Positions 46,684 through 56,566 of a stretch of 64,000 nt of DNA are shown here, piece after piece (the stretch's first letter is position 1; each line of letters opens with the position of its first letter). Source of the DNA: Patescibacteria group bacterium. GTDB taxonomy: Bacteria; Patescibacteriota; Patescibacteriia; GWA2-46-9. Both the position numbers and the translations under genes were made by a program. Under the pieces are notes generated by a model. It was not told where the DNA came from and searched no databases. It saw only the letters and a list, made by a program, of their open reading frames with translations. The DNA lies in assembly GCA_041675205.1 (NCBI GenBank), contig JBAYUF010000002.1, positions 1,731-65,730 on the forward strand. Reading direction: 5' to 3'.

Positions 46684-49239
46684 ATGCCGCACCATCACTT
46701 TAAACGCATAGCCTATAAACCGTCTCCAACAGGGTCACTGCACCGGAAACGAAAACGTGGTCGCCGACTCCCTCAGTTCACTCTCCCCCGTGGCGCAAAA
46801 CATCTCATTGGCAAACTGGCGCTTATTGGGGCCACTGGCGCGGCCTTTGGTGTGCTGGCGCTTCTCGCACTAACCGCGTGGTACTCACACACCCTGCCCG
46901 ACCCTGGGAGCCTTGCGCACCAGGCTATAAACAATGGCACAAAAATTTACGACCGCACGGGTGAAACAGTGCTATATGAATTCCATGGCGACCAAAAACA
47001 GACGACGATTACCTTGGCGCAAATCCCAGAAAACGTAAGGAATGCGACGTTGGTAGCCGAAGACCGTAATTTTTACTCACACAACGGGTTTGATATCCGC
47101 GGGTTCCTTCGAGCAGTGCTTGTGAATATTTTTACCAGTCGACAACCGGGGGGATCAACCATTACGCAACAGCTGGTTAAAAACACCATCGTCGGGAACG
47201 AAAAAAGCTACACCAGAAAACTAAAGGAACTCATTTTAAGCTACCGACTCGAACAAGAATTTTCAAAGGACCAAATTCTTGAACTCTACCTCAACGCGAT
47301 TCCTTACGGCGGCAATGCCTACGGTATCCAATCTGCTTCGGAGAAATATTTTGCGAAGGACGCCAACGAACTCTCGCTAGCGGAGTCGGCAACACTGGCC
47401 GCCCTACCAAACAGACCTTCTCGACTTTCCCCTTATGGCAACAACCGAGCCGAACTCATAGCACGACAGCACTACATCTTAGACGAAATGGCCGCCCTTG
47501 GTTATATATCGGAAGAGGCAGCTGAAGTGGCCAAACAAGAGGAGCTCCACTTCTCGAAATTGGGGGAGGGTATCACGGCACCACATTTCGTTTTCTATAT
47601 TCAATCCTTGCTGGCAGAAAAATATGGAGAAGGCTATTTGGAAACGAATGGATTACGAGTGGTAACGACGCTCGACGCGAAGTTACAAAAAATTGCCGAG
47701 GAGGCAGTAAAGAATGGTGCGGATAAAAATACTGAGCGCTACGGCGGAAACAACGCAGCACTCATAGCGATTGACCCAAAGACAGGCCAAATAGTGAGCA
47801 TGGTTGGTTCCAAAGACTACTTCGAAGAAACAATTGACGGCAACGTCAACGTTACCATTCAACCACGACAACCAGGCTCGTCTTTCAAACCAATCGTATA
47901 CGCCGCTGCGTTCATGCGTGGCTACACACCAAACACTGTCCTCTACGACGTAAAAACAAAGTTCTTATCGCCGCCGCAAGCCGCCTATGAACCAACCAAT
48001 TTCGGTGGGGCAGAGCATGGCCCGGTCACTATTCGGCAGGCGCTAGCCGGCTCTTTAAATATTCCTGCCGTGCAAACACTCTATTTGACTGGTGTCGATA
48101 ATGCGCTGAACCTCGCTGATCGTCTCGGCTATACAACGCTTGGTGATCGGAGTCGCTTTGGTTTGTCGTTGGTGCTTGGGGGTGGGGAGGTAAAACTACT
48201 AGAACATGCGGCTGCTTTTCAAGCATTCGCCAATGATGGTGTCTACCACGAAACCGCGGCAATCCTTCGCGTTGAGGACTCCAATGGGAACCTTCTCGAA
48301 TCGTTCCAACCAAAAAATCGACAAGCTATGCCAACGCAAGTTGCCAGACTCGTTACCAGTATTCTCACCGACAACAGTGCCCGGGCGTATGTCTTTGGTG
48401 CCAGTAGCCCGCTCACCCTGGGAGACAGACCAGTTGGTGCAAAAACAGGAACAACAAACGACTTCCACGACGGCTGGACAATTGGGTTTACGCCGTCTCT
48501 CGTCGCTGGTGTGTGGGCAGGAAACAATAACAACACGGCAATGACCGGCTCTGCTGACGGGGTGAATGTTGCTGCGCCAATCTGGAACGCTTTTATGCGC
48601 GGTGCCCTGCAAGGTACTTCGGTTGAACAGTTCACCCCACCAGATCAAATTTCTGAGGATGGTAATCCAGCGCTCTATGGGAAAATACCAACAACGCTTT
48701 CTGTTGTTATTGATCGTGCATCAGGAAAATTAGCCACCGACCGAACACCGACTGATTATCGAGAAACACGCTCCTACCCAGCGGCGCACAGTATTCTCCA
48801 CTATGTTGATCGCGATAACCCAACCGGGCCAGCACCTGAACATCCAGAGAATGATCCTAACTACGCCCCATGGGAAGCTGCCGTCCAACAGTGGGTGGGA
48901 GCCCAAGGTAGCGACACCATAACAGTCCCGCCAACTGAGTATGATGATGTGCACACTATTGAGAACGAACCGCAGCTCATTGTCACAAGTCCGGCACCTA
49001 ACCAAACCGTGCGAGGAACAACGCTACCCGTCACACTGGTCGCTACTGCCAAACGGGGCATTGTAAGTATTTCATACTCTTTTGACGGCAGCCGAGTGGC
49101 CACAGGGGGAGGGGGGACAGGGCAAACAATAGCTATACCAGATACCTTTGCCTCTGGCTTCCACAATCTTCAAGTTGAGGTTCGAGACGATGTTGGTAAC
49201 ACAAAAACTGTTGAGCGTTCTTTTAACTACATCCCATAA
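46684..49239 (+). CDS. Class A penicillin-binding protein (PBP1A family) with C-terminal Ig-like domain
   Basis: EDRNFYSH, GGSTITQQL, RKLKE transglycosylase motifs; SSFK, SLN, KTG transpeptidase motifs. Confidence 0.95.
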   Translation: MPHHHFKRIAYKPSPTGSLHRKRKRGRRLPQFTLPRGAKHLIGKLALIGATGAAFGVLALLALTAWYSHTLPDPGSLAHQAINNGTKIYDRTGETVLYEFHGDQKQTTITLAQIPENVRNATLVAEDRNFYSHNGFDIRGFLRAVLVNIFTSRQPGGSTITQQLVKNTIVGNEKSYTRKLKELILSYRLEQEFSKDQILELYLNAIPYGGNAYGIQSASEKYFAKDANELSLAESATLAALPNRPSRLSPYGNNRAELIARQHYILDEMAALGYISEEAAEVAKQEELHFSKLGEGITAPHFVFYIQSLLAEKYGEGYLETNGLRVVTTLDAKLQKIAEEAVKNGADKNTERYGGNNAALIAIDPKTGQIVSMVGSKDYFEETIDGNVNVTIQPRQPGSSFKPIVYAAAFMRGYTPNTVLYDVKTKFLSPPQAAYEPTNFGGAEHGPVTIRQALAGSLNIPAVQTLYLTGVDNALNLADRLGYTTLGDRSRFGLSLVLGGGEVKLLEHAAAFQAFANDGVYHETAAILRVEDSNGNLLESFQPKNRQAMPTQVARLVTSILTDNSARAYVFGASSPLTLGDRPVGAKTGTTNDFHDGWTIGFTPSLVAGVWAGNNNNTAMTGSADGVNVAAPIWNAFMRGALQGTSVEQFTPPDQISEDGNPALYGKIPTTLSVVIDRASGKLATDRTPTDYRETRSYPAAHSILHYVDRDNPTGPAPEHPENDPNYAPWEAAVQQWVGAQGSDTITVPPTEYDDVHTIENEPQLIVTSPAPNQTVRGTTLPVTLVATAKRGIVSISYSFDGSRVATGGGGTGQTIAIPDTFASGFHNLQVEVRDDVGNTKTVERSFNYIP

Positions 49240-49270
49240 GTAAACCCCCACGCTTGTGGGGGTTTACTTA
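49237..49270. terminator. Bidirectional terminator between the PBP gene and dnaN
   Basis: TAAGTAAACCCCCAC / GTGGGGGTTTACTTA. Confidence 0.8.
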
Positions 49271-49291
49271 TCCTCTCCTGCTGCCTCTCTA

Positions 49292-50398
49292 TTACCCCCG
49301 AATGGGCATAATAAGATACCGCCAATTATTTCCCTCTGCTGCTTCATAGGGGGTAACCAAAACCGGTCGATCAGCATTCAATAAATGTACGACTACCTTA
49401 CCATCAGCCACCGCCAAAATATCGAGAAGGTAACGCGCGTTTAGGGTGATTGACTCTCCTGTTCCAGCTGGCCCAGTAGCTGGTACTTTTGTGCGATGGA
49501 AACCAACCTCACTACTTTCAGCATGTACATCTAGTGAGCCGTCGGCATTCCCGGTTACCCCAATACTAGACGAACCACCACGAGAAAAAAGTGCAGTGGC
49601 TTTTACCGCCTTACTAAGGGCGCTAACTGCTACAACATGCTCGGTTCCACCAACTGGGAATAAAGACTCGTACTCTGGAAAATCTCCCTCTACCAAGCGG
49701 GTTGTTACTACTGTTTGATCAAACAAAAAACATGCTTGATTTTCCCCAAGCGCCATTTTTACCGATCCACTTAAACTACCCAGCATCCTGAAGATTTCCT
49801 GAGCTGCACTTGTTGGTACAATACACTGCACTCGTCCTTCTTGCGTTGCTATTTTTCCTTTCGCTTCAGCCAATCGGAATCCGTCAGTAGCCGCAAAACA
49901 CACCGTCTGCCCATCAAGTACCAGTAGAACACCTTGAAATTGTGGTCGTTGCTCATTTCTTCCAACTGAGAACTGTGTTTTTTTAAGACCCTCAACAAAA
50001 TCGCTAATTAAAAATTCAACTTCGTTTTTCGGATTCTCTAGTGAGGGGATAATAGGAAAGTCTGCTTCGGGAATTGTGTGAAGTGAACTACTTGTGTCCG
50101 CGGTGGCGATTCGCAACCCACTTTCCTCCAAAGTAACCGTCACCGTTCCTTCTGGCAATAAACTAACAAGATCAAGGAATAATTTTGCAGGTACAAGACA
50201 GCTGCCATCTTCTTCAGTTTTTCCGCGAACGGTGTGCTGGACCCCCAACTCAAGGTTTGTTGTGGTGAAAGTTATTTTTCCTGCTTCAACTGAAATATGG
50301 ATATTCTTTAGCACTGGTAACCCACCAGACCGAAGTGCAGTTGGGGCAACTGTTTGGACACCGAGTACTAGGTTTTCTTTCAAGCACGTGAACCGCAT
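49292..50398 (-). CDS. dnaN: DNA polymerase III beta clamp
   Basis: TNLE, ATDGFRLA, RLVEG.FP.Y and YLIMPIR motifs; downstream of dnaA. Confidence 0.95.
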   Translation of the reverse strand: MRFTCLKENLVLGVQTVAPTALRSGGLPVLKNIHISVEAGKITFTTTNLELGVQHTVRGKTEEDGSCLVPAKLFLDLVSLLPEGTVTVTLEESGLRIATADTSSSLHTIPEADFPIIPSLENPKNEVEFLISDFVEGLKKTQFSVGRNEQRPQFQGVLLVLDGQTVCFAATDGFRLAEAKGKIATQEGRVQCIVPTSAAQEIFRMLGSLSGSVKMALGENQACFLFDQTVVTTRLVEGDFPEYESLFPVGGTEHVVAVSALSKAVKATALFSRGGSSSIGVTGNADGSLDVHAESSEVGFHRTKVPATGPAGTGESITLNARYLLDILAVADGKVVVHLLNADRPVLVTPYEAAEGNNWRYLIMPIRG

Positions 50399-50684
50399 AT
50401 TAATAAGTTAATATAGAAAAGAAATAATAGAAGTAGTAAGTGGTGTGGATTTGTGGGTAAGTAAGATTAAAGACAACCGTACCCAGCTTTTGCTGCTAAA
50501 TCTCTACTGGTGGTAAGTGTTAGGTTGTTGATGAAGTGCGGATGACGTTGTGTAGTAGTGATCATAAAGTTTTAGTGGTTGTGGAAAGTGTCGTGAGGAG
50601 TGGAGTGAAGGAAAGTAATTGTGTTAGTAGGTCTCTTTTTCTCCACAGTTCATCTCTCTGTGCTGCACTGTTCGTGCACATGTT
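50399..50684. other. Replication origin (oriC) unwinding region
   Basis: TAA TAG AAG TAG TAA (DnaA-trios, 50425-50439) followed by TGTGGATTTGTGGGTAA (tandem DnaA boxes, 50444-50460); further box-like 9-mers at 50580 and 50639; gene orientation flips near here. Confidence 0.85.
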
Positions 50685-52034
50685 TTACACAACATAGAGT
50701 TGCTGACGAATAGTGAGAATATCCTGTCGTATCTTTTCGTCATTTTCAACAGCAGTTTTAATTTTGTCATACGCATGCATAACGGTTGTGTGGTCACGTT
50801 GCCCAACATGTTGGCCAATGGAAGGGAAAGACGCCTTTGTTTCTTCTCTCATTAGGTACATGCTTACTTGGCGGGGAAGAACGAGTTCTCGTTTCCTACT
50901 TTTCCCAAGTACATCCTCAATTGATATCGCATAATAACGACAAACGATGTCGATGAGCTGTTTTGGAGTGAGTCGCTCGGTGCGAGTGGTTGTTTGAGCG
51001 ATATCTCGGTACAGTTTTTTCACGTCGTCAAGGGTTGCAATTCGGCCAGAGAATTCTTGTTCGGCGAGCACGCGGTTTAGCGCCCCCTCTAATTCGCGGA
51101 CATTGTGCTGCACAACAGACGCAAGGTAGCCAAGAATGTCACCGTCGATGTTTACCCGCTTCTCCTTACATTTCGACTGTAAAATGGCGGTACGAGTTTC
51201 AAGGTCGGGGTTAGCAATATCAGCAATCATTCCCCATTCGAAACGAGAGAGTAACCGTTGTTCGAGGGCGGGGATGGCTTTTGGTGGGCGGTCTGAAGTA
51301 AGCACGATTTGCTTGTTGTTTTGGTGAAGCGCGTTAAAGGTGTGGAAGAATTCTTCTTGCGTGGCTTCTTTCCCAGCAATGAATTGAATGTCATCAATGA
51401 GAAGAACATCAACGGAGCGGTACTGATCTTTAAACTCTTTTGCACGACCGGCGCGAACTGATTGAATGTAGTCGTTCGTGAAACGTTCACTGGTCACGTA
51501 GAGCACCCGAGCGCCTTTTTCAATAAGGTTAAGCCCGACACCTTGCAAAAGGTGTGTTTTTCCAAGGCCAACACCACCATAAATGAATAAGGGGTTGTAT
51601 GACTTACCTGGGTTACTCGCTACTGCCAATGCGGCGGCGTGGGCAAGTTCGTTTCCTTTCCCAACAATGAAAGATTCAATACGGTAGCGCTCATTTAAGC
51701 CAAAGCGTTGCTGCGCCTGGCTTACCGCTACTGCTTTTGGTTCGACTGCTGCAGTCGTCGTGTGTTCAAAGACACCGTCAGGACGATGGACCTCAACTTT
51801 GTACATCACTTCTCGAAGTGTTTCTTGAAGGGTGTTTTGGATAGCAACAACAATGGCGTCGTGGTATTTTTTTTCGAGCCAGGTTTTTGTGAACGTGTTG
51901 GGGACGCCAATAATCACCCGGCCATCATCAACCTCAATAACAAATGTATTTTTGAACCAGGTTGTGAAATTTGCTCGGCTGATGACCAGTTCAAGCTCAC
52001 CCAAAACCGCTTGCCAGAGATGCTCCTTTGTCAT
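50685..52034 (-). CDS. dnaA: Chromosomal replication initiator DnaA
   Basis: YNPLFIYGGVGLGKTHL, LLIDDIQF, QEEFFHTFN, SRFEWG and RDHTTV motifs. Confidence 0.98.
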   Translation of the reverse strand: MTKEHLWQAVLGELELVISRANFTTWFKNTFVIEVDDGRVIIGVPNTFTKTWLEKKYHDAIVVAIQNTLQETLREVMYKVEVHRPDGVFEHTTTAAVEPKAVAVSQAQQRFGLNERYRIESFIVGKGNELAHAAALAVASNPGKSYNPLFIYGGVGLGKTHLLQGVGLNLIEKGARVLYVTSERFTNDYIQSVRAGRAKEFKDQYRSVDVLLIDDIQFIAGKEATQEEFFHTFNALHQNNKQIVLTSDRPPKAIPALEQRLLSRFEWGMIADIANPDLETRTAILQSKCKEKRVNIDGDILGYLASVVQHNVRELEGALNRVLAEQEFSGRIATLDDVKKLYRDIAQTTTRTERLTPKQLIDIVCRYYAISIEDVLGKSRKRELVLPRQVSMYLMREETKASFPSIGQHVGQRDHTTVMHAYDKIKTAVENDEKIRQDILTIRQQLYVV

Positions 52035-52172
52035 AGGAGGTGGGGTACCATGTGGTGAGTACGAAGCAGCAAAAAAATCATTGTAGTTTATTTCAAAAAA
52101 TTCGGTATTTTCAACTATAGCACAGGGGGTGGAAGCTCATAGTAGAATGGAACAGAAGGAATGTTAACAACC

Positions 52173-52192
52173 TGTGGATATCCTGTGGGCGG
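52173..52192. promoter_or_regulatory. DnaA box-like sites upstream of dnaA
   Basis: TGTGGATAT (1 mismatch) followed by degenerate TGTGGGCGG. Confidence 0.55.
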
Positions 52193-52296
52193 CCTGTTTC
52201 TCCATGATGACTTTGACCACGAGCTTTTGACAACGTATACTGAATGCATTACATAGACTGGGCAGCGTTACAACTTACTAATTCATTTACGGGAGT

Positions 52297-52437
52297 ATGC
52301 CAAAGAGGACGTTCCAACCTAAAAAAGCGAAGCGAGCAAAAAAACATGGCTTTCGAGCGAGGATGAGTACCACGAGTGGACGAGCGGTACTGGCGCGGCG
52401 TCGAGCAAAGGGTCGCAAAAGATTGGCCGTTGCTTAG
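52297..52437 (+). CDS. rpmH: 50S ribosomal protein L34
   Basis: Manual translation [46 protein letters not shown]; not in the ORF track. Confidence 0.97.
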   Translation: MPKRTFQPKKAKRAKKHGFRARMSTTSGRAVLARRRAKGRKRLAVA

Positions 52438-52440
52438 TCC

Positions 52441-52785
52441 ATGTTTCCCCGGGCCGAGCGGTTACGGAAACGAAGAGACATCCAGCGGACAATAGCAAAA
52501 GGCAGGCGAGTATCCGATCAATTTTTATTGGTGCGCACAATGCCGTTACTTGCTCCTGGCCCGCGAGTTACCGTTGTTGTTGGTACCGTCGTTGATAAAC
52601 GGGCTACTGTACGGAATAAGATAAAACGGCAGTTGCGGGTTGATTTACGTCAGGCACTGGCAAAACGACCCTTGTCGTCGAGTGGTATTGCTATCATGGT
52701 TTCTGTAAAGCGTCCGATACTGCAGTGTTCGGCCATAGCACGAAAAGCTAGCTTGCAAGCGTTACTCAGCCGATCGGGTCTCTAA
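52441..52785 (+). CDS. rnpA: Ribonuclease P protein component
   Basis: RLRK, ATVRNKIKRQLR (RNR motif); synteny with rpmH. Confidence 0.92.
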   Translation: MFPRAERLRKRRDIQRTIAKGRRVSDQFLLVRTMPLLAPGPRVTVVVGTVVDKRATVRNKIKRQLRVDLRQALAKRPLSSSGIAIMVSVKRPILQCSAIARKASLQALLSRSGL

Positions 52786-52789
52786 GCCT

Positions 52790-53035
52790 ATGCTTAAGGT
52801 TATTTCCTTCGGAATCACTCTTTATCAGTGGACAGTTTCACCAGACCATAGCGCTGTTGGCCGCTATTTTTATCCCTATGGCTGTTGCCGCTTTACGCCA
52901 ACGTGCTCTGTCTACGCCAAGGCGGCGGTTGCCGAGTATAAGTGGCTAGGCTTGTGGTATGCGTTCCGGCGCCTTGTCCGGTGTCATCCATGGGCCAAAG
53001 GCGGCAGTGACCCTGTAGAAGCTATAAAACAGTAA
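52790..53035 (+). CDS. yidD: Membrane protein insertion efficiency factor YidD
   Basis: CRFTPTCS.Y and RCHPW..GG.DP motifs. Confidence 0.93.
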   Translation: MLKVISFGITLYQWTVSPDHSAVGRYFYPYGCCRFTPTCSVYAKAAVAEYKWLGLWYAFRRLVRCHPWAKGGSDPVEAIKQ

Positions 53036-53043
53036 TTTTTGCC

Positions 53044-53775
53044 ATGTCATACCTCTATAACACCATCTTTTATCAGCCGGTTTTCAACGCGTTAGTTTTT
53101 TTGTATGACATTATCCCAGGCAATGACCTCGGTGTTGCCATTATTATTTTGACAATATTTATTCGCCTGGTTCTCTATCCACTTTCCGTTAAATCCATAC
53201 GTGCCCAAAAAGGATTGCAAGACTTACAGCCAAAGCTGGAAGCTTTAAAAAAACAGTACAGCAATAATCGTGAGCAGCTGGCGCGAGAGACAATGCAGCT
53301 CTACAAAGAAGAAAAGATTAATCCACTCTCGTCGTGCCTTCCTTTACTCCTGCAGCTCCCGTTTCTTATTGCACTGTTCCACGCGTTTCGAAATGTAACA
53401 AAACCCGAGAGTTTGCAGCTATTGTACTCATTTATACCATCGCCGGAGCACATAAACACCATGGGTCTTTACGGCCTTCTCGACCTATCGCAGCCGAATT
53501 ATATAATTGCAATTCTCGCTGGGTTGGCCCAATTTTGGCAAGGGAAAATGCTGGTTCATCGTCGGCCAGCCAAGCGAAGCGACGAATCCAAGGATGAAGA
53601 CTTCGCGACACTTATGAACCAGCAAATGCTGTATGTTATGCCGGCGGTAACGACCGTGATTGCGTGGACGTTTCCAGCCGGACTGGCATTGTATTGGTTC
53701 CTGAGCACGTTGTTATTGGCGTTGCAGCAGTGGGTTCTTTTTAGAAAGAAAAAAGATGGCAACCTTGCCAGCTAA
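53044..53775 (+). CDS. yidC: Membrane protein insertase YidC (short form)
   Basis: AIIILTI.IR..LYPL, NPLSSCLP.L.Q.P and GLALYW motifs. Confidence 0.95.
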   Translation: MSYLYNTIFYQPVFNALVFLYDIIPGNDLGVAIIILTIFIRLVLYPLSVKSIRAQKGLQDLQPKLEALKKQYSNNREQLARETMQLYKEEKINPLSSCLPLLLQLPFLIALFHAFRNVTKPESLQLLYSFIPSPEHINTMGLYGLLDLSQPNYIIAILAGLAQFWQGKMLVHRRPAKRSDESKDEDFATLMNQQMLYVMPAVTTVIAWTFPAGLALYWFLSTLLLALQQWVLFRKKKDGNLAS

Positions 53776-54043
53776 AGCACTCCTTGGACTACCCGTTGAA
53801 ACACAAAGCGGTACTCGCCTGGGGATTATAAAAAATTTTGATATTGACGTTGCGTTGTGTACCGTTGTCCGTTTTTATGTTGCGCCGCGGCTGCCAAAGC
53901 CATTTCAGAACGAGCGTTTCATTATTACGCCAGCGCAAGTTGTTGCGATAGAGCGGCAGCGTATGGTCGTCTTTGATGCGGTTAGCCGTGAAGGACTACC
54001 GGCGTCTGCGACAGGGATAAGCGCACCAGCGGTGGGTGCTTAA
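53756..54043 (+). CDS. PRC-barrel domain protein
   Basis: LLGLPVET.SG..LG.I...D.D pattern. Confidence 0.75.
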   Translation: MATLPAKALLGLPVETQSGTRLGIIKNFDIDVALCTVVRFYVAPRLPKPFQNERFIITPAQVVAIERQRMVVFDAVSREGLPASATGISAPAVGA

Positions 54044-54771
54044 AAAGACCGGTCGCGGCCAACAATTACCCGTAGTGAACGAGGCATTACCTCGGCAATG
54101 GCCGGAAGCTTGATAGTGTAGTTGCCTTGGATTGTGGCGGTTTCTTCTTCGCCGGCAAAAATACGCACGTGTTTGAAAGGAACGGTGCTTGTGATGGCGG
54201 TAGTGGCTCTGAGCCAGCTACGTTTTGTTGGTGGGGTGAAGTGTGCCTCGAGGTAGCCATCCTGACAGTGTGCAGCAGTAGTAAGATTGGCCAGGGTAAC
54301 TCGGTTGGTGGTTTTCGGAATACTTACCGTGTACCGTTCGTCACACTCTAGGGTGAGTGGTTTTGCCGCAGCTACTTCTACCTCGGTCAAAAAGAAGTGG
54401 GTATCAATTTTACCAAGGTCTATAATTTCTACTTTTCGGGCGGCGAGTACTTCGACAGCTCGTTCGCCTGCCGGAACGCCGAGGTGGTGAGCGATGGTGG
54501 AAGGCTCGCCAATGGGGATGATGCCGAGCGTTGTGTCGGTTCCCGCAATAGCGTCGAGTGTTTCGCTGACAACAGTGTCAGTACCCACAGCGACAATCGT
54601 CGTGGCACCAGCACGAACCGCCTGGCGTACCATGTCTTTGGCGCTCTTTAGTGGCCCAAGGCGGCCAACGCGACCATGGAGCTCGAGATCTGTTAGTCTC
54701 GCCTCAACGTTCGCTAATGCCGCCGCAAGTTTAGGCTGCGTTAGTGCTTCGTCGTAGACGTAGAAGTGCAT
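54040..54771 (-). CDS. Diacylglycerol kinase family protein
   Basis: IVAVG.D, LGIIP.G...IA..LG and IDLGK motifs. Confidence 0.8.
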   Translation of the reverse strand: MHFYVYDEALTQPKLAAALANVEARLTDLELHGRVGRLGPLKSAKDMVRQAVRAGATTIVAVGTDTVVSETLDAIAGTDTTLGIIPIGEPSTIAHHLGVPAGERAVEVLAARKVEIIDLGKIDTHFFLTEVEVAAAKPLTLECDERYTVSIPKTTNRVTLANLTTAAHCQDGYLEAHFTPPTKRSWLRATTAITSTVPFKHVRIFAGEEETATIQGNYTIKLPAIAEVMPRSLRVIVGRDRSF

Positions 54772-54795
54772 AATAGAATGGCGCGCTGCGCCACC

Positions 54796-55206
54796 TTATG
54801 ATGTTTTGACGGCCTTCGCTTTGGTCTCTCGTGCGAGTTCACTACTTTCAAGGTCATCAGTTTTTGTCGCGCCCATAGCGCACTTCCCATTGAAACTTGC
54901 TCCTTCAGCAATCACCAGAGACGTGGTGGCGATATCTCCTTCTACTCGACTGCCAGCCAAAAGTTCTATCCTACTTTTTGCAATTATATTGCCACGAACA
55001 AAACCACCAACGACGACAGAGTCGGCTCGAACGTTTGCTTCAATGGTGGCTGATTTTCCAACCTCAACTGAGTGGTTGGTGACGATGGTCCCCTTCACTT
55101 CACCATCAATTACCATGGGGCCTTCCCCTTTGAAATTTCCTTCAACTTTAACCCCCTCTGCAATAACGGTTGCGCCGGCGAAGCCGCCTTCTTTCTGGCT
55201 AAACAT
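54796..55206 (-). CDS. Bactofilin (polymer-forming cytoskeletal protein)
   Basis: TVIAEG..VEG, IDG.V.G and L.IAEGA.FNG.C.M motifs. Confidence 0.92.
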   Translation of the reverse strand: MFSQKEGGFAGATVIAEGVKVEGNFKGEGPMVIDGEVKGTIVTNHSVEVGKSATIEANVRADSVVVGGFVRGNIIAKSRIELLAGSRVEGDIATTSLVIAEGASFNGKCAMGATKTDDLESSELARETKAKAVKTS

Positions 55207-55358
55207 GAGCGAAAATGGTTAGTAGGTATTAAGTAAACTGTATCGTTCACAGCGGTTACTGTCAAAATATTTGCGAGCAGGTGTAAATTTAGATTCAAAA
55301 TAGCTACCCAACTAATAGACAAGCTTGAACTTCTCAATCAAGGTGATAATATTTAATT

Positions 55359-56033
55359 ATGAGAGTGCATAGTCTTCAGAAGATAGAAAAAGCAAAAAAA
55401 CTCAGAAAGAACGGGTACAGTTTAAATGAAATTTCCAAGCTGCTAACAATTCCAGTGCCAACTGTCTGGCACCATGTACATGCGATACGTTTAAGTCCTT
55501 TTTATGCACGCATCCTGAAAGCTAAACAAGGCGGGAGTGCGAATCGTCGCAAGGTTGGCCTTGCTAAAGCGGAAAGTGAATCGTTGCAATTGTTGGCCAG
55601 TCATCATCGCGAGTCATTTATTGTGCTTGCGATGCTTTATTGGGGAGAGGGCAGTAAGGGGGTTTGTGAGTTAATAAATTCGGACGGGCGATTGATAGCA
55701 TTATATTTAGAAATTTTGCGAAAAGATCTTTCTATATCTGAGTCGCGTATCAAGCCAACCATGCGGTTTTTTACTGGCATGAGTAAAGGGGAGTGCCTTA
55801 AATACTGGGTTCGGGTTACTGGCATCCCCGCTGCGCGATTTAAAATAAATTACAACGACGGAGGTACTCGTGGCAGGACACAGTATGGCATGTGTAGAAT
55901 CACAGTTACAAAAGGTGCTGCTGAAGTTAAGCTATTTCATGCATTGATAAATAACATTTCCGCGAGTATCCTGCCCAAGCAGAGACAGTTTTTAAGCCCT
56001 CGTAGCTCAACGGATAGAGCACCGCAGTCCTAA
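55359..56033 (+). CDS. HTH plus LAGLIDADG-like protein overlapping tRNA-Arg
   Basis: N-terminal HTH (LRKNGYSLNEISKLL); LAMLYWGEGSK, NSD, YW...TGIP and YG.CRI motifs. Confidence 0.7.
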   Translation: MRVHSLQKIEKAKKLRKNGYSLNEISKLLTIPVPTVWHHVHAIRLSPFYARILKAKQGGSANRRKVGLAKAESESLQLLASHHRESFIVLAMLYWGEGSKGVCELINSDGRLIALYLEILRKDLSISESRIKPTMRFFTGMSKGECLKYWVRVTGIPAARFKINYNDGGTRGRTQYGMCRITVTKGAAEVKLFHALINNISASILPKQRQFLSPRSSTDRAPQS

Positions 56034-56067
56034 TGCAGTGATGGGGGTTCAATTCCCTCCGGGGGCA
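55996..56067 (+). tRNA. tRNA-Arg(CCT)
   Basis: GCCCTCG/CGGGGGC acceptor stem, TAGCTCAACGGATAGAGC D-arm, anticodon loop GTCCTAA, TTCAATT T-loop; one anticodon-stem mismatch. Confidence 0.85.
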
Positions 56068-56456
56068 GATACCGCTTCGCCGAGTCAGACTCGGCTTCGC
56101 TTCTCTAAAGGGAAACTCCCGTTTCCCTGTTAGGGTATCCCTTCCTCCTTCAAGGTCGTTCATTTTTCCCTCCGCGCGGTAGCAGGCTTTGCCCTACCGC
56201 CACCGTGCTCAGTAAAAACTCACTCTGATTTTAAAAAAAGAGCTCAATACTATATTCCCTTCCATCCCCCAAGGTTGCTCGTTTTTCCTTCTTTGTGATA
56301 AGGAGTAAAGCTCTACGGTCGCTGTGTTCAAAATTACATCACCCATTACGGCTGGTTGTCTGCCGCTATTTGCTATATGCTATTTGCTCCGACGTTTAGT
56401 CGGAGCCCCGATTCATTAGATGCTTTACATTGCGGCGTCGGGGCCATTCGCCATAC

Positions 56457-56529
56457 GGGCCCGTAGCTCATCTGGTAGAGCGCTGCATTCGCATTGCAGA
56501 GGTAAGGGGTTCGATTCCCCTCGGGTCCA
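56457..56529 (+). tRNA. tRNA-Ala(CGC)
   Basis: GGGCCCG/CGGGTCC acceptor with G3-U70; CTGCA-TTCGCAT-TGCAG anticodon arm. Confidence 0.95.
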
Positions 56530-56530
56530 A

Positions 56531-56566
56531 AAGAAAACCTTTCCCTTTTCGGGAAGGGTTTTCTTT
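56531..56566 (+). terminator. Terminator after tRNA-Ala(CGC)
   Basis: AAGAAAACCTTTCCC-TTTTC-GGGAAGGGTTTTCTTT. Confidence 0.8.
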
